Source: an uncultured bacterium
Lineage (GTDB): Bacteria > Bacillota_I > Bacilli_A > RFN20 > CAG-826
DNA: 64,000 nucleotides
Assembly (NCBI GenBank): GCA_949299195.1
Contig: CASFZN010000021.1
Location: 7,114 to 71,113, forward strand
Direction of reading: 5' to 3'
A program made the translations under genes and the position numbers. The notes below the pieces were generated by a model. It was not told the DNA's origin. It ran no database searches and saw only the letters and a program-made list of their open reading frames with translations. Shown here piece after piece: positions 31,176 through 41,535 of this stretch (position 1 is the first letter of the stretch; every line of letters starts with the position of its first letter).

Positions 31176-31488
31176 TTTGTTATTTAATTCCTACTGCAGT
31201 TTCTATATATAAATTGATTTTAAAAACTAGAAAGAAATTAAAGTCTCTTTAATCCTTTTAAAAATTTTTCATTATGTAATACCTTACTTTTAATTTCAAT
31301 AATTCCGTTTTTCCACAATACTCACGACTTTTTTAATAAAAGATTTTTCTCTTTTAGGCGAATTTATTGCCGGACTTATAATAATCGCTTTTTATTTTCT
31401 GCCTCTATTTACTTATTTGAGGACCAATCTTTACTTTTAACAATTTAAATAAACCAGATGCTAAAAGTATAAAATTTAAAGACGATAA

Positions 31489-31529
31489 TAAAAAGTCGTA
31501 AGAATTTCGCTTCCTACGACTTTATTTTT
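31489..31529 (-). terminator. Intrinsic terminator after tsf
   Basis: AAAGTCGTA...TACGACTTT hairpin flanked by A/T tracts. Confidence 0.7.
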
Positions 31530-31549
31530 AAGAGTTTAAAGATTAACAA

Positions 31550-32419
31550 CTATTTAGCTTGAGCCATAACTTCTTCTGCGAAGTTATCAACTCTTTTTTC
31601 TAAACCTTCACCAACTTGGAATCTAACAAATTTTAATAATTTATTGTTCTTTTCCTTGATTGCTTGACCACAAGTTTTACCTGGTTCCATTAAGAATTCT
31701 TGATCTTCTAAAGTGACTTCACTAAAGACTTTTCTAACCTTGCCTTCAATAATATTTTTGAGAGCAGCTTCAGGTTTATTCTTTAATTTTTCATCATTTT
31801 TAGCAGATTCAGTTTGAATTGCTCTTTCTTTTTCTAATGTTGCTTCATCGATATCACTTGTTGAGATATAACGTGGTGAGTTAGCACAGATATGGATAGC
31901 TAAACCTTTTGCGAGTTCTGGATCTTCTTTTTCTAAGACTGTAATAACTGCAATTTTACCACCCATATGAATATAGGTTCCAACACCTTGTTCTTCTTCA
32001 GCTTCGACAACTTCGAATCTTCTTAAGGATAATTTTTCGCCTAATTTGACAGTTGCATCGGTGAAATCGCTTGATGCAGCTTCATTTGCTTCTTCTAAAG
32101 TTTTTAATCCGTTTTTAAGAATTAAATCATTAACTTTTAAGACTAATTCTTTAAAAGGATCAGCGTGAGCAACGAAATCGGTTTCACAGTTAACTTCACT
32201 AACAACAACTTTATGACATTTTTCACAAACTGTGATTAATGCTAAACCTTCAGCAGCGATTCTGTCAGCTTTTTTAGCTTGTTTTGCAATACCTTTTTCT
32301 CTTAACCAGTCACATGCTTTATCGACATCATTGTCACATGCATCAAGTGCATTTTTACAATCCATCATACCAGCACCAGTTCTATCTCTTAAAACTTTAA
32401 TTAATTCAATGTTTGCCAT
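31550..32419 (-). CDS. tsf: Elongation factor Ts
   Basis: LRDRTGAGMMDCK, EVNCETDFVA, FVRFQVGEG. Confidence 0.98.
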   Translation of the reverse strand: MANIELIKVLRDRTGAGMMDCKNALDACDNDVDKACDWLREKGIAKQAKKADRIAAEGLALITVCEKCHKVVVSEVNCETDFVAHADPFKELVLKVNDLILKNGLKTLEEANEAASSDFTDATVKLGEKLSLRRFEVVEAEEEQGVGTYIHMGGKIAVITVLEKEDPELAKGLAIHICANSPRYISTSDIDEATLEKERAIQTESAKNDEKLKNKPEAALKNIIEGKVRKVFSEVTLEDQEFLMEPGKTCGQAIKEKNNKLLKFVRFQVGEGLEKRVDNFAEEVMAQAK

Positions 32420-32481
32420 TTAAAATAAATTCTCCCTTTTAAATAAGTTTTATTTTTAATTTTGAATAATTTTGAAACTAA

Positions 32482-33633
32482 TTATTCTTCAACTTTAACT
32501 TCTTCTTCGGTTTTAACTTCTTCTTTTTTAGCAGCTTTTTTGCTAGTTTTTTTAGCTTTTGGAGCTTCTTCTTTGACTTCAGCTTCACTTGTTGCTACAA
32601 CTTCAGTTTCTACAGTTTTAGTTTCTTCTTTAGCTTCTACTGGTTTTTCACTTCTATTGAAGCGAGCTTGATATCTTGCTTTTTCTTTTTCAAGTCTTTC
32701 TCTTTGCATTTCTCTTCTTGCAGCGATTCTTAATGCATTTTCTCTATCAGCTTGACGTAAAGCATCTTTCATAGTTGCTTCTTCACCTTCATCTTTGGTG
32801 TATGCAACTTCTGGAAGTCCACCTTTAGCTTCAACAATAGCATCACATAATAATCCTAAGATTAATTTGATTGATTTATCGCTATCATCGTTTGCAGGAA
32901 TAGGATAAGCAATATTATCTGGATCACAGTTTGTATCAACGATAGCAAATACTGGAATTCCTAATTTATTAGCTTCTTTAACTGCAATTTTTTCTTCATC
33001 TGGTGCAACAACAACGATTGCATTAGGAACTTTTCTCATTTCCTTAATACCATCGAGGTTTTTAGCTAAACGATCTTTTTCTTTCTTTAATAAAGCAACT
33101 TCTTTCTTTGGTAATCTATCCCAAACACCATCTGCTTCATCTTGTTCTAATTCTTTTAATTTTTTAATTCTTAATTGAATTGTTTTGAAGTTTGTTAAGG
33201 TTCCACCGAGCCATCTATTTGTAATGAATAATGAACCACTTCTTTCAGCTTCTTCTTTAATGATATCTTTTGCGATTTGTTTGGTACCGACTAATAAGAC
33301 TTTACCGCCTTCAGTGACGATTTCTTTTAATTTTTGATAAGCATTTTCGATAGCTTCTTTACTTTTATTTAAATCAATAATGTAGATTCCATTACGAGCA
33401 CAGTAGATATATTTGCCCATTTTTGGATTCCATCTTCTGGTTTGGTGACCATAGTGAGAACCTGCTTCTAATAACTTTTTGATAGTTACGATTGGAGCAT
33501 TTGGATCAAATATAGCTTGAGCCATTTCTTGTTCATCTTGAGCTTTTGCTTCTTCTTTTAACTCTTCTTCTTCACTCTTTTTTACTTCTTCTAAAGCTTC
33601 GTCGAGTGTAACGTTTTCTAATTTTTCGGACAT
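32482..33633 (-). CDS. rpsB: 30S ribosomal protein S2 with N- and C-terminal extensions
   Basis: LLEAGSHYGHQTRRWNPKM, RWLGGTLTNF and DTNCDP motifs. AGGAGG RBS before the ATG at 33633. Confidence 0.97.
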   Translation of the reverse strand: MSEKLENVTLDEALEEVKKSEEEELKEEAKAQDEQEMAQAIFDPNAPIVTIKKLLEAGSHYGHQTRRWNPKMGKYIYCARNGIYIIDLNKSKEAIENAYQKLKEIVTEGGKVLLVGTKQIAKDIIKEEAERSGSLFITNRWLGGTLTNFKTIQLRIKKLKELEQDEADGVWDRLPKKEVALLKKEKDRLAKNLDGIKEMRKVPNAIVVVAPDEEKIAVKEANKLGIPVFAIVDTNCDPDNIAYPIPANDDSDKSIKLILGLLCDAIVEAKGGLPEVAYTKDEGEEATMKDALRQADRENALRIAARREMQRERLEKEKARYQARFNRSEKPVEAKEETKTVETEVVATSEAEVKEEAPKAKKTSKKAAKKEEVKTEEEVKVEE

Positions 33634-33654
33634 TACGTCTCCTCCTTATTTGTT

Positions 33655-33735
33655 AAGCCTCCACTACTTCGAACAGCCTTCCCTAGTTAACTATTTATAG
33701 ACTAGACTTGGACGCTGAATCCATAGTGTGTGTAT
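33655..33735 (-). ncRNA. rpsB (S2) autoregulatory leader candidate
   Basis: Minus strand reads ACACACACTATGG...GTAGTGGAGGC, a CACTA/TAGTG closing stem with an internal CTAGT hairpin. It resembles known rpsB 5' leaders. Confidence 0.55.
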
Positions 33736-33855
33736 TCTTTTTTACGCAACAAAAAATTTGTTCTCAAAAAGTGTTAATATTCTACTATAACTAATACTCA
33801 TATACAAGCATAAAATTCGAACTTTTTATGCTAAATTTAAGTGATTTTATTGATA

Positions 33856-34803
33856 CTATTTTTTATTAGTTTTTTCTTTTTTAGAAGATTTAGGGAAATA
33901 TTTATCGTATTCAGATTTTACCTTTTCTTTACTAACGTGCATGTAAATGCTTGTGGTATTAATTGATTCGTGTCCCATCAACTCTTGAATCACCCTTAAA
34001 TCCGCGCCTTGATCTAATAAATGAGTAGCAAAAGTATGTCTTAAAACGTGGGGATGTAGATCAAAGCCTAGTGATAATCCGGTCTTTTTTATAATTTCTT
34101 TTAAGATATATTCAAGACCTCTAGAGGTGAGTTTATCTCCTTTAGAGTTTAAAAAGAAATATTCATTTTTAGTCTTTTCGTTTTCTTTTAGTGTTTGTTC
34201 TCTCGAAAATTTTGCATAATTTATCATTGCTTTTTTAGCTTCTTCAGAAAAAGGGACGATTCTTTCTTTATTTCCTTTTCCTAAAATTCTCATGTATCTA
34301 GATGAAAATTCAATATCACTTATTTTTAAATTTATAACTTCGCTACATCTAAGTCCGCTTGAATACATAAGTTCTAATAGCGCTTGATCTCTAACGGCTA
34401 AATCATCGGTTCTTTTACTATTTTCATTTAATAAAGCATTAATTTGAGATTCATATAAAACTTCTGGTAGTTTATCTCTTTTTTTAGGCGAAACAATTAA
34501 TAAAAATGGATTAGTTTCGACTAGTTTTTCGTTATAAAGATATTGGTAATATTTTTTTAATGCTGAAATTCTTCTTCTTAAAGTGCGACTAGTTTCGTTT
34601 TTTCCTCTAATTGTTTTTTTAGATAGTCTTTCAGCCATAAATAAGCGAACATCATCTCTTGAAACATTTCGATAATCGATATTTTGCTCAACTAAAAAGT
34701 CTTCAAAAAGAGTAATATCTTGAGAATAAGATTTAATCGTATTTTCACTGTAATTTAAGTTATATTTTAGATAATTTAAAAATAACGCTTGTTCTTTAGT
34801 CAT
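33856..34803 (-). CDS. xerC: Tyrosine recombinase XerC/CodV
   Basis: Catalytic residues in GLRCSE, GKGNKER, HPHVLRH and GHESINTTSIY. topA-trmFO-xerC synteny. Confidence 0.9.
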   Translation of the reverse strand: MTKEQALFLNYLKYNLNYSENTIKSYSQDITLFEDFLVEQNIDYRNVSRDDVRLFMAERLSKKTIRGKNETSRTLRRRISALKKYYQYLYNEKLVETNPFLLIVSPKKRDKLPEVLYESQINALLNENSKRTDDLAVRDQALLELMYSSGLRCSEVINLKISDIEFSSRYMRILGKGNKERIVPFSEEAKKAMINYAKFSREQTLKENEKTKNEYFFLNSKGDKLTSRGLEYILKEIIKKTGLSLGFDLHPHVLRHTFATHLLDQGADLRVIQELMGHESINTTSIYMHVSKEKVKSEYDKYFPKSSKKEKTNKK

Positions 34804-34832
34804 AATTTCATTTGTTTATAAGACTAAAATAT

Positions 34833-36119
34833 TTAGGAATTAATATATTCAATAAACTTCTCAATTTCTTTTAAAGATTTTTCAATAACAATCTTTTTAT
34901 CAGTCTTATTTGCCTTATAAATTATACCAAAATTAGCGTTCATTGGCTGAAAATTGTTAATCCCGGTATGAGTGATATAACGAATTAAAGCTCCTAAAAC
35001 AGTATTATAAGAAAGTGGCTTAAATTCTTTATTTTTAAGTCTTAAATCTAAATAAATAGCAGCAAGTAAGCCACTTGCGGCACTTTCAACATAACCTTCA
35101 ACTCCTGAAAGTTGACCGGCAATATAGATATCTTTATTAGATTTTAAAGTTAAATCTTCATTTAAAATTTTTGGTGCATAAATATAAGAATTTCGATGCA
35201 TTAAGCCAAATCTAGCAAATTTTGCATCTTCCAATCCTGGGATGAGTTTAAAAACTCTTTCTTGTTCTTTAAAGGTTAAGTTGGTTTGAAATCCTACAAG
35301 ATTATAAAATTCTCCGATTAAATCATCTTGTCTAAGTTGGGCGACGGCATAATATTCATGACCGCTATTCTCTAATCCAACTGGTTTTAATGGACCAAAT
35401 CTTAAAGTATCAACACCTCTAGAAGCTAAAACTTCAACTGGTAAACAGCCTTCAAAATATTCAGTATCAAAATCATGAAGTAATGCTTTTTTTGCGTTAA
35501 TTAATTCATTATAAAAGGTTAAATATTCTTCTTTTTCAAAGCCACAATTTATATAACTTCCTTCATCTTGATCATATCGAGATTTAATAAAAACTTTATC
35601 AAAATTAATCGAATCTTTATAAATAATTGGAGCACTTGCATCAAAAAATCCATAGATTTTTTCATTAGATAATTTAGACAATTCATCCAACATATCTTTA
35701 CTTGTTAAAGGTCCAGTCGCGACAATATTTATTCCACCTTTAAATGTTTTAACATCCTCATTAATAACTGTAATATTATGATTTTCTTTAATTTTTTTAG
35801 TGATATATTTAGCAAAAACTTCTCTATCTACAGCTAAAGCATCGCCACTAGGAACTTCACTTATTTCGCTTGCTTCCATTATTAAAGATCCGAGTCTTTT
35901 GATTTCTTCTTTTAATAAACCACAAGCATTATCTAGCTTTTTACTTTTCAATGAGTTTGAACAAACAAGTTCTCCAAAAAGATCGGTATGATGAGCTTTA
36001 TCATCAACCAATGGACGATTTTCATATAAGTTTACTTTATAACCTTTATTTGCCAAATAGTTTGCAGCCTCACTTCCGGCAAGGCCTGCGCCAATAATAT
36101 TAATGGTAATATCTTTCAT
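34833..36119 (-). CDS. trmFO: Methylenetetrahydrofolate--tRNA-(uracil-5-)-methyltransferase
   Basis: IGAGLAGSEAA, ELVCSNSL, NLVGFQTNL, GVEGYVESAASG. Confidence 0.97.
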   Translation of the reverse strand: MKDITINIIGAGLAGSEAANYLANKGYKVNLYENRPLVDDKAHHTDLFGELVCSNSLKSKKLDNACGLLKEEIKRLGSLIMEASEISEVPSGDALAVDREVFAKYITKKIKENHNITVINEDVKTFKGGINIVATGPLTSKDMLDELSKLSNEKIYGFFDASAPIIYKDSINFDKVFIKSRYDQDEGSYINCGFEKEEYLTFYNELINAKKALLHDFDTEYFEGCLPVEVLASRGVDTLRFGPLKPVGLENSGHEYYAVAQLRQDDLIGEFYNLVGFQTNLTFKEQERVFKLIPGLEDAKFARFGLMHRNSYIYAPKILNEDLTLKSNKDIYIAGQLSGVEGYVESAASGLLAAIYLDLRLKNKEFKPLSYNTVLGALIRYITHTGINNFQPMNANFGIIYKANKTDKKIVIEKSLKEIEKFIEYINS

Positions 36120-36121
36120 TT

Positions 36122-38221
36122 TTAGTCTTTTTTAACAATGTTTTCTATGTGTTTACATTTTGGGAAATTACTACAACCATAGAAATATTTGTTTCCTTTT
36201 CTTTGTTTTCTTAAAACTAATTTTGCGCCACATTCTGGGCAAATTCTTTCTTCTTCAATAGGAGTTTCAACTTCATTTTTTTCATTTCCTTCAATATATC
36301 TACATTTTGGGAAATTACTGCAACCAATAAATTCTTGTCCTTTTTTATTTTTTCTTTTAACAAGTGGAGAGCCACAGTTTGGACAATTTCTACCGATTTC
36401 TTCTGGAGCTGCTTTTTCTTCCTTTTTAATATAGTGACAATTTGGATAATTACTGCAGCAAACAAATTTGCCATATCTTCCAACTCTTTCGACTAAATCA
36501 GAACCACATTCAGGGCAGATTTCTCCTGTCTTTTTTAAAGGTTCTTTATACATAACTTCTTTTACTTCTTCAAAATGTTTAATAAATGGATCATAGAATT
36601 CACGAATAACTTCAGTTCTATTTTCTTCACCACTAGAAATATCATCTAAAGAAGTTTCCATTTTAGCGGTATATTCAGTGTTAATTAAATCTGGGAAGTA
36701 TTTATATAAAACTTTAGATGTTAACATTCCTTGTTCTGTTGGAGTTAATAATCCTTTCTTGGAAGTAACATATTTCCTTTCAATTAAAGTTTGAATAGTT
36801 GAAGAATAGGTTGAAGGTCTTCCAATACCCTTATCTTCCATTAATTTAACAAGTCTTCCTTCGCTATATCTAGCTGGAGGTTTGGTTTCATCTTCCTTAA
36901 GTTCACTCTTTAATAATTTATAAGTGGAATTAATTTCAAGTTCCGGAACCTTTTTATCTTCTTCATCAAGTTTAAAGACATCATAACCTGCAAAAAGAAC
37001 ATTATTTCCGGTTAATTTGAAAGTTATATCACCACTTTTTAAATAATTTGTAACACTTAAAACTTTTTTATCACTCATTAAAGAAGATAAAGTTCTTTCA
37101 AAAATAAGTTTATAAAGACGGTATTGATCTAAAGAAAGATGTTTTTTCATACTTCCTGGTGTTCTTTCTAAAGATGTTGGTCTAATTGCTTCGTGAGCAT
37201 CTTGAGCCCCTTTAACGTTTTTCTTAATTTTACTAACGCCTTTATAATAATTTTCGCCGAATTTATCGATAATATAAGATTTTGCATTCTCAACAAAAAC
37301 ATCACTTAATCTTGTCGAATCGGTTCTAATATAGGTAATTAAACCGACTAAACCTTCACTAGTTTCAACGCCTTCATATAATTCTTGAGCTAAAAAGGTA
37401 GTTTTTTTAGTAGAAAAACCATATTTAGAGAAGGCTTGTTGTTGAAGAGTTGAAGTTCTAAAAGGTTCTTTCGCGCTTAGATATTTTTCTTTTTCTTCTT
37501 TATCGACAACAACTACATCTTCTTTTAATGAAGAATAAGCAAGTTTAGCTTCACTTTCATTTTTAAAAGAATCGAGTTTTTCATCCTTATATTTATATAA
37601 CTCTAATTCGTATTCCTTATCTTCATAAGAAATTGTGCCTGATAATTCGTAAAATTTTTCACTTTTAAAATTTAAAATTTCTTCTTCATGATCACAAATA
37701 AGTTTTAAAGCGACACTTTGAACTCTTCCAGCACTCTTACTAGAAATCTTATTTCTAAGTAATCCTGAAAGTTTAAAGCCAATGATTCTATCAATAATTC
37801 TTCTAGCTTCTTGAGAATAGACTAAATTCATATCAATAGTACGTGGTTCTTCAATAGCTTTTTTAATCGAATCTTTGGTAATTTCGTGGAATTCAAGTCT
37901 TTTTGTAGTTTCAATAGGTAAATCTAAAACGGTTAATAAAGAATAAGCGATAGCTTCGCCTTCTCTATCAGGGTCGGTTGCGATGATGATTTCTTCAGCA
38001 TTTTTTGCTTTTTTCTTTAATTCACTTACGATTTTAATCTTATCCTTATTAACTACATATTTAGGTTTAAAATCGTTATCAACATCGACTCCTAATCCAC
38101 CTTTTCCAGAGGTAGCTAAATCTTTAATGTGGCCTTTTGATGCCAAAACTTCATAATCATTTCCGAGATAATGTCCAATAGTTTTGGACTTGGTTGGGGA
38201 TTCAACAATTACTAATTTCAT
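36122..38221 (-). CDS. topA: DNA topoisomerase I
   Basis: LVIVESPTK, DPDREGE, SAGRVQS, ITYIRTDS, and three C-terminal zinc ribbons. Confidence 0.98.
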   Translation of the reverse strand: MKLVIVESPTKSKTIGHYLGNDYEVLASKGHIKDLATSGKGGLGVDVDNDFKPKYVVNKDKIKIVSELKKKAKNAEEIIIATDPDREGEAIAYSLLTVLDLPIETTKRLEFHEITKDSIKKAIEEPRTIDMNLVYSQEARRIIDRIIGFKLSGLLRNKISSKSAGRVQSVALKLICDHEEEILNFKSEKFYELSGTISYEDKEYELELYKYKDEKLDSFKNESEAKLAYSSLKEDVVVVDKEEKEKYLSAKEPFRTSTLQQQAFSKYGFSTKKTTFLAQELYEGVETSEGLVGLITYIRTDSTRLSDVFVENAKSYIIDKFGENYYKGVSKIKKNVKGAQDAHEAIRPTSLERTPGSMKKHLSLDQYRLYKLIFERTLSSLMSDKKVLSVTNYLKSGDITFKLTGNNVLFAGYDVFKLDEEDKKVPELEINSTYKLLKSELKEDETKPPARYSEGRLVKLMEDKGIGRPSTYSSTIQTLIERKYVTSKKGLLTPTEQGMLTSKVLYKYFPDLINTEYTAKMETSLDDISSGEENRTEVIREFYDPFIKHFEEVKEVMYKEPLKKTGEICPECGSDLVERVGRYGKFVCCSNYPNCHYIKKEEKAAPEEIGRNCPNCGSPLVKRKNKKGQEFIGCSNFPKCRYIEGNEKNEVETPIEEERICPECGAKLVLRKQRKGNKYFYGCSNFPKCKHIENIVKKD

Positions 38222-38351
38222 ATCTTTTCTTTTTTTACTCTACTTAGTTTTATTTTCCAAAAACTAAATATATATTTATCAAAAAATTTTGTAAAGAGCC
38301 CTTATCCTATTATATATATAAGATATATATAAAAAATTTTTAAAAATTTTC

Positions 38352-39152
38352 TTAATATAAAAATAATAAGTCTTCGCTAGATTCAACAAGATATGCGCCA
38401 TCTTTAATTAGTTTATTGCAGTTACTATTTTTTAAGGCTAAACAAGGGACACAGGCAATTTCTTTTCCGTAATTTAAAGCCATGTTACATGTTGATAAAG
38501 CTCCGCTTCTTCCATAGCTTTCTACTAATAATATCGCATCAGATAAAGCGGCAATTATCCTATTTCTTAATAAAAAATTGTCTTTATCAGGTTCGCTTCC
38601 TATAAAAACTTCCGATATAATTAATCCTCCTTGAGTAATAATATTGTCTGCTAAATCACTATTTTCATTAGGATAAATAAAATCTATTGGAGTTCCTAAA
38701 ACTGCAATTGTAGGAAGTTTAGCTTTTAAGGCGCTAATATGAGCTCTAGCATCAATTCCTTTAGCAAGGCCACTAATAATAACTGTATTTTTTGATAATT
38801 CGGATACTATTTTTTCGCACATTTGGATTCCATAATATGTAGGATTCCTACATCCTACTACTCCTAAATATTTAAAAACTCCTGCATAATATAATAATTT
38901 CGTATTACCTTTATAAAATAAAACAGGTGGGGGATTTTCAATATTTAATAGACATCTAGGATAATCGTCATCAGTTATAAGAATATAATTTAGATTTAAA
39001 TCTTTAAATTCTTCTTGTTTATAATCTTGTGGATAATTTTTAAAAAGTAGAAAGTCTGATAATTTATCCATAACTTTACTAGTATTTTTAGGATATTTTT
39101 TAACTAAATATAAAAAATATTCACGGTCACAACCATACACTTGATCTTTCAT
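38352..39152 (-). CDS. dprA: DNA-processing protein DprA (short form)
   Basis: PPPVLFYKG, ISGLAKGIDA, FLLRNRIIAALS. Confidence 0.9.
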   Translation of the reverse strand: MKDQVYGCDREYFLYLVKKYPKNTSKVMDKLSDFLLFKNYPQDYKQEEFKDLNLNYILITDDDYPRCLLNIENPPPVLFYKGNTKLLYYAGVFKYLGVVGCRNPTYYGIQMCEKIVSELSKNTVIISGLAKGIDARAHISALKAKLPTIAVLGTPIDFIYPNENSDLADNIITQGGLIISEVFIGSEPDKDNFLLRNRIIAALSDAILLVESYGRSGALSTCNMALNYGKEIACVPCLALKNSNCNKLIKDGAYLVESSEDLLFLY

Positions 39153-39328
39153 TTATTTATTTTTTTATAGCTTTTTAATAATATTTTTAAATAAGCTTTT
39201 TCCTCCTTCTATATACAAGAACGCTTTAATTTAAAAAAATATTCACTGAATTTTATGTAAATTTATGAAAATATAAAAATATACGATAAATATCATATAA
39301 ATTTAATATAAAAATTTTTAAATATTTT

Positions 39329-39961
39329 TTAAAATAATTTAATTTGTTCTACTAATAACTCTTTAACTGGTTTATATGTTTCGCGATAAAAGCCTTTGAT
39401 TATTCCTTTTTCTTTAATGATTTCTAAATGTTCTTTGGTTGGATAACCTTTATGAGATTTAAAATTATAATAAGGATATAACTTATCATATTTTTCCATG
39501 ATATCATCACGGGTTACTTTAGCTAAAATTGAAGCTGCAGCAACATTAATTGATTTTTGATCTCCCTTAGCTAAAGGTAAAACTAAAATGTCATTAAATT
39601 CTTTAAATTCATCTAACTTCATATAGTCAGTAATGATTAAATCTGGTTTAATTGATAGATTTAATAAAGCTTTTTTCATTCCTAATTTAGATGCTTGATA
39701 GATATTGATTTTATCAATAGTTGCCGGAGAAATTTCTACTATTGAATAAGATAAGGCATCTTTAATAATCTCTTTATATGCCTCTTTCCTTTCTTTATCA
39801 CTCATCATTTTAGAGTCTTTTATTTTTTTATTTTGATAGTGAAGTGGAAAAATTACGGCTGCACAAACAACTGGCCCACATAAAGGACCTCTACCAGCTT
39901 CATCACTTCCGGCTATTAATTCATATCCTTTTAAATAATATTCTTTTTCAATATCGTACAT
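39329..39961 (-). CDS. rnhB: Ribonuclease HII
   Basis: GSDEAGRGPLCGPV, DSK, AAASILAKVTRD, HKGYPT. Confidence 0.96.
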   Translation of the reverse strand: MYDIEKEYYLKGYELIAGSDEAGRGPLCGPVVCAAVIFPLHYQNKKIKDSKMMSDKERKEAYKEIIKDALSYSIVEISPATIDKINIYQASKLGMKKALLNLSIKPDLIITDYMKLDEFKEFNDILVLPLAKGDQKSINVAAASILAKVTRDDIMEKYDKLYPYYNFKSHKGYPTKEHLEIIKEKGIIKGFYRETYKPVKELLVEQIKLF

Positions 39962-39970
39962 AAAAATTAA

Positions 39971-40852
39971 TTAATCATTAACTCTTTCAATGGTAGCTTT
40001 TACTATTTTTCCATTTCTAAATTCATTTAAAATTACTTTAATTACTTTTTCACTATTTACTTCGTTATTCTTTTTATATAGTCCTCTTTTTCTTCCAATA
40101 GATTCAATGATTTCTACTATATTTATATCTTTATCATTTGATAAAGATAATTCATATCTAGCATTAAATTCCTTTAAATAGTATTTATAAATAATTTTAA
40201 TTAAGTAATCAAAAACTTCTTCTAAAGGTAAGATATCTTCTTTAATTGTTCCGATAATTGATAGATTTAAAGCTACTTTTTTATCTTCAAATTTAGGTAA
40301 TAAAATACCAGGAGTATCCATAAGTTCGAAGTTTTTATTAACCTTAATCCATCTATTTGATTTAGTAACGCCTGGTTTATTACCAGTTATAGCAATACTT
40401 TTTTTAGCTAATAGATTAATTAAAGTAGATTTTCCAACATTAGGAATTCCAATAACCATCGCTCTAATAGATACGTTTTTAATACCTTTTTTAAGATATT
40501 TTTCTTTTTTTAAATCTATAAACTTATCTATATATTTAAGGATTTCGTTAATAACTTTATTATTAGTTAAATCTACTAAAACACATTCATCTTCACTATT
40601 TTCTTTTAATTTCTTTTGCCATAATTTTGATTCTTTTTCATCACTTAAATCGCTTTTTGCTAATAAAAATAACTTCTTTTTATCTTTAACTATCTCCATT
40701 AAATATGGATTTATTGAAGATCTAGGGGCTCTAGAATCTAATAAAATAATGACAAAATCGACTAGTTTTAACTTTTCTTTAATTTCGTTACTAGCCTTTT
40801 TCATATGTCCAGGGAACCGGTGTATATTTTTTGTTTTTTGATTAGTTTCCAT
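39971..40852 (-). CDS. rbgA: Ribosome biogenesis GTPase RbgA/YlqF
   Basis: FPGHMKKA, GIPNVGKSTLIN, PGVTK and DTPGIL motifs. Codon 12 is CGG where the family has Trp. Confidence 0.96.
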   Translation of the reverse strand: METNQKTKNIHRFPGHMKKASNEIKEKLKLVDFVIILLDSRAPRSSINPYLMEIVKDKKKLFLLAKSDLSDEKESKLWQKKLKENSEDECVLVDLTNNKVINEILKYIDKFIDLKKEKYLKKGIKNVSIRAMVIGIPNVGKSTLINLLAKKSIAITGNKPGVTKSNRWIKVNKNFELMDTPGILLPKFEDKKVALNLSIIGTIKEDILPLEEVFDYLIKIIYKYYLKEFNARYELSLSNDKDINIVEIIESIGRKRGLYKKNNEVNSEKVIKVILNEFRNGKIVKATIERVND

Positions 40853-41065
40853 TTGTTTTTTCTTTCTAAAATCTACCTCTAAATAATATCATGATTCAAA
40901 ATTAATAAATAGAGGAACTTAACCTTATATTCCTTACTATTTTACGGCATCTATCGATGTTTTTTTAATTTTAATGCTAACTATGTATTAGTAAGAAATA
41001 ATATTAATTCTAATAGTTTTAATCCTAATATAGGAAATATTAAATCGAGATTTATCTAATAAAAT

Positions 41066-41081
41066 TTTTCCACGTAGAAAC
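41066..41081. promoter_or_regulatory. parS-like palindrome, degenerate copy
   Basis: TTTTCCACGTAGAAAC, 14/16 match to copy 1, intergenic. Confidence 0.4.
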
Positions 41082-41147
41082 TTTAAAACTTACTAAGATT
41101 AAATATTTTAAAGAAAAAACCAGTCACAGGGACTGGTGTAATTTTTC

Positions 41148-41498
41148 TTACTTAAGAATTTGTTTAATTCTTGCTGATTTACCACTTCTTTGTCTGAGGT
41201 AGTTGATTTTATTTCTTCTAACTTTACCTCTTCTGACAACTTCAATTTTTGCAACGTTTGGTGAATGTAAAGGGAAAATTCTTTCAACACCAATGCCAGA
41301 TGAAATTTTTCTAACGGTGAATGTTTCAGCAATTCCTCCGCCTCTTCTAGCCATAACAACGCCTTCGAAGACTTGGATTCTTGATTTACCACCTTCGGTA
41401 ATTCTAACTGAAACTCTGACAGTATCTCCTGATGAGAATTCAGGAAGATCGTTTCTTAATTGTGAAGCAGTAACTTCTTTAACTAAATTGTTATTCAT
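41148..41498 (-). CDS. rplS: 50S ribosomal protein L19
   Basis: [34 protein letters not shown]. Confidence 0.98.
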   Translation of the reverse strand: MNNNLVKEVTASQLRNDLPEFSSGDTVRVSVRITEGGKSRIQVFEGVVMARRGGGIAETFTVRKISSGIGVERIFPLHSPNVAKIEVVRRGKVRRNKINYLRQRSGKSARIKQILK

Positions 41499-41535
41499 GT
41501 TTACTTCTCCTTTTATATAGTTGTTTCTTTCTCTT

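Noticed and set aside
33856-34803. Tyrosine recombinase as a phage or island integrase
   Set aside because: It sits in the conserved topA-trmFO-xerC context with no att sites or mobile genes nearby.
36122-36520. Repeated sequence at the 3' end of topA
   Set aside because: These are the normal three zinc-ribbon repeats (CPxCG...CSNFPKC).
38299-38323. Similarity between CCCTTATCCTATTATATATATAAG and the reverse complement of 60278-60303
   Set aside because: It is a low-complexity AT-rich match needing gaps and cannot be told from chance without statistics.
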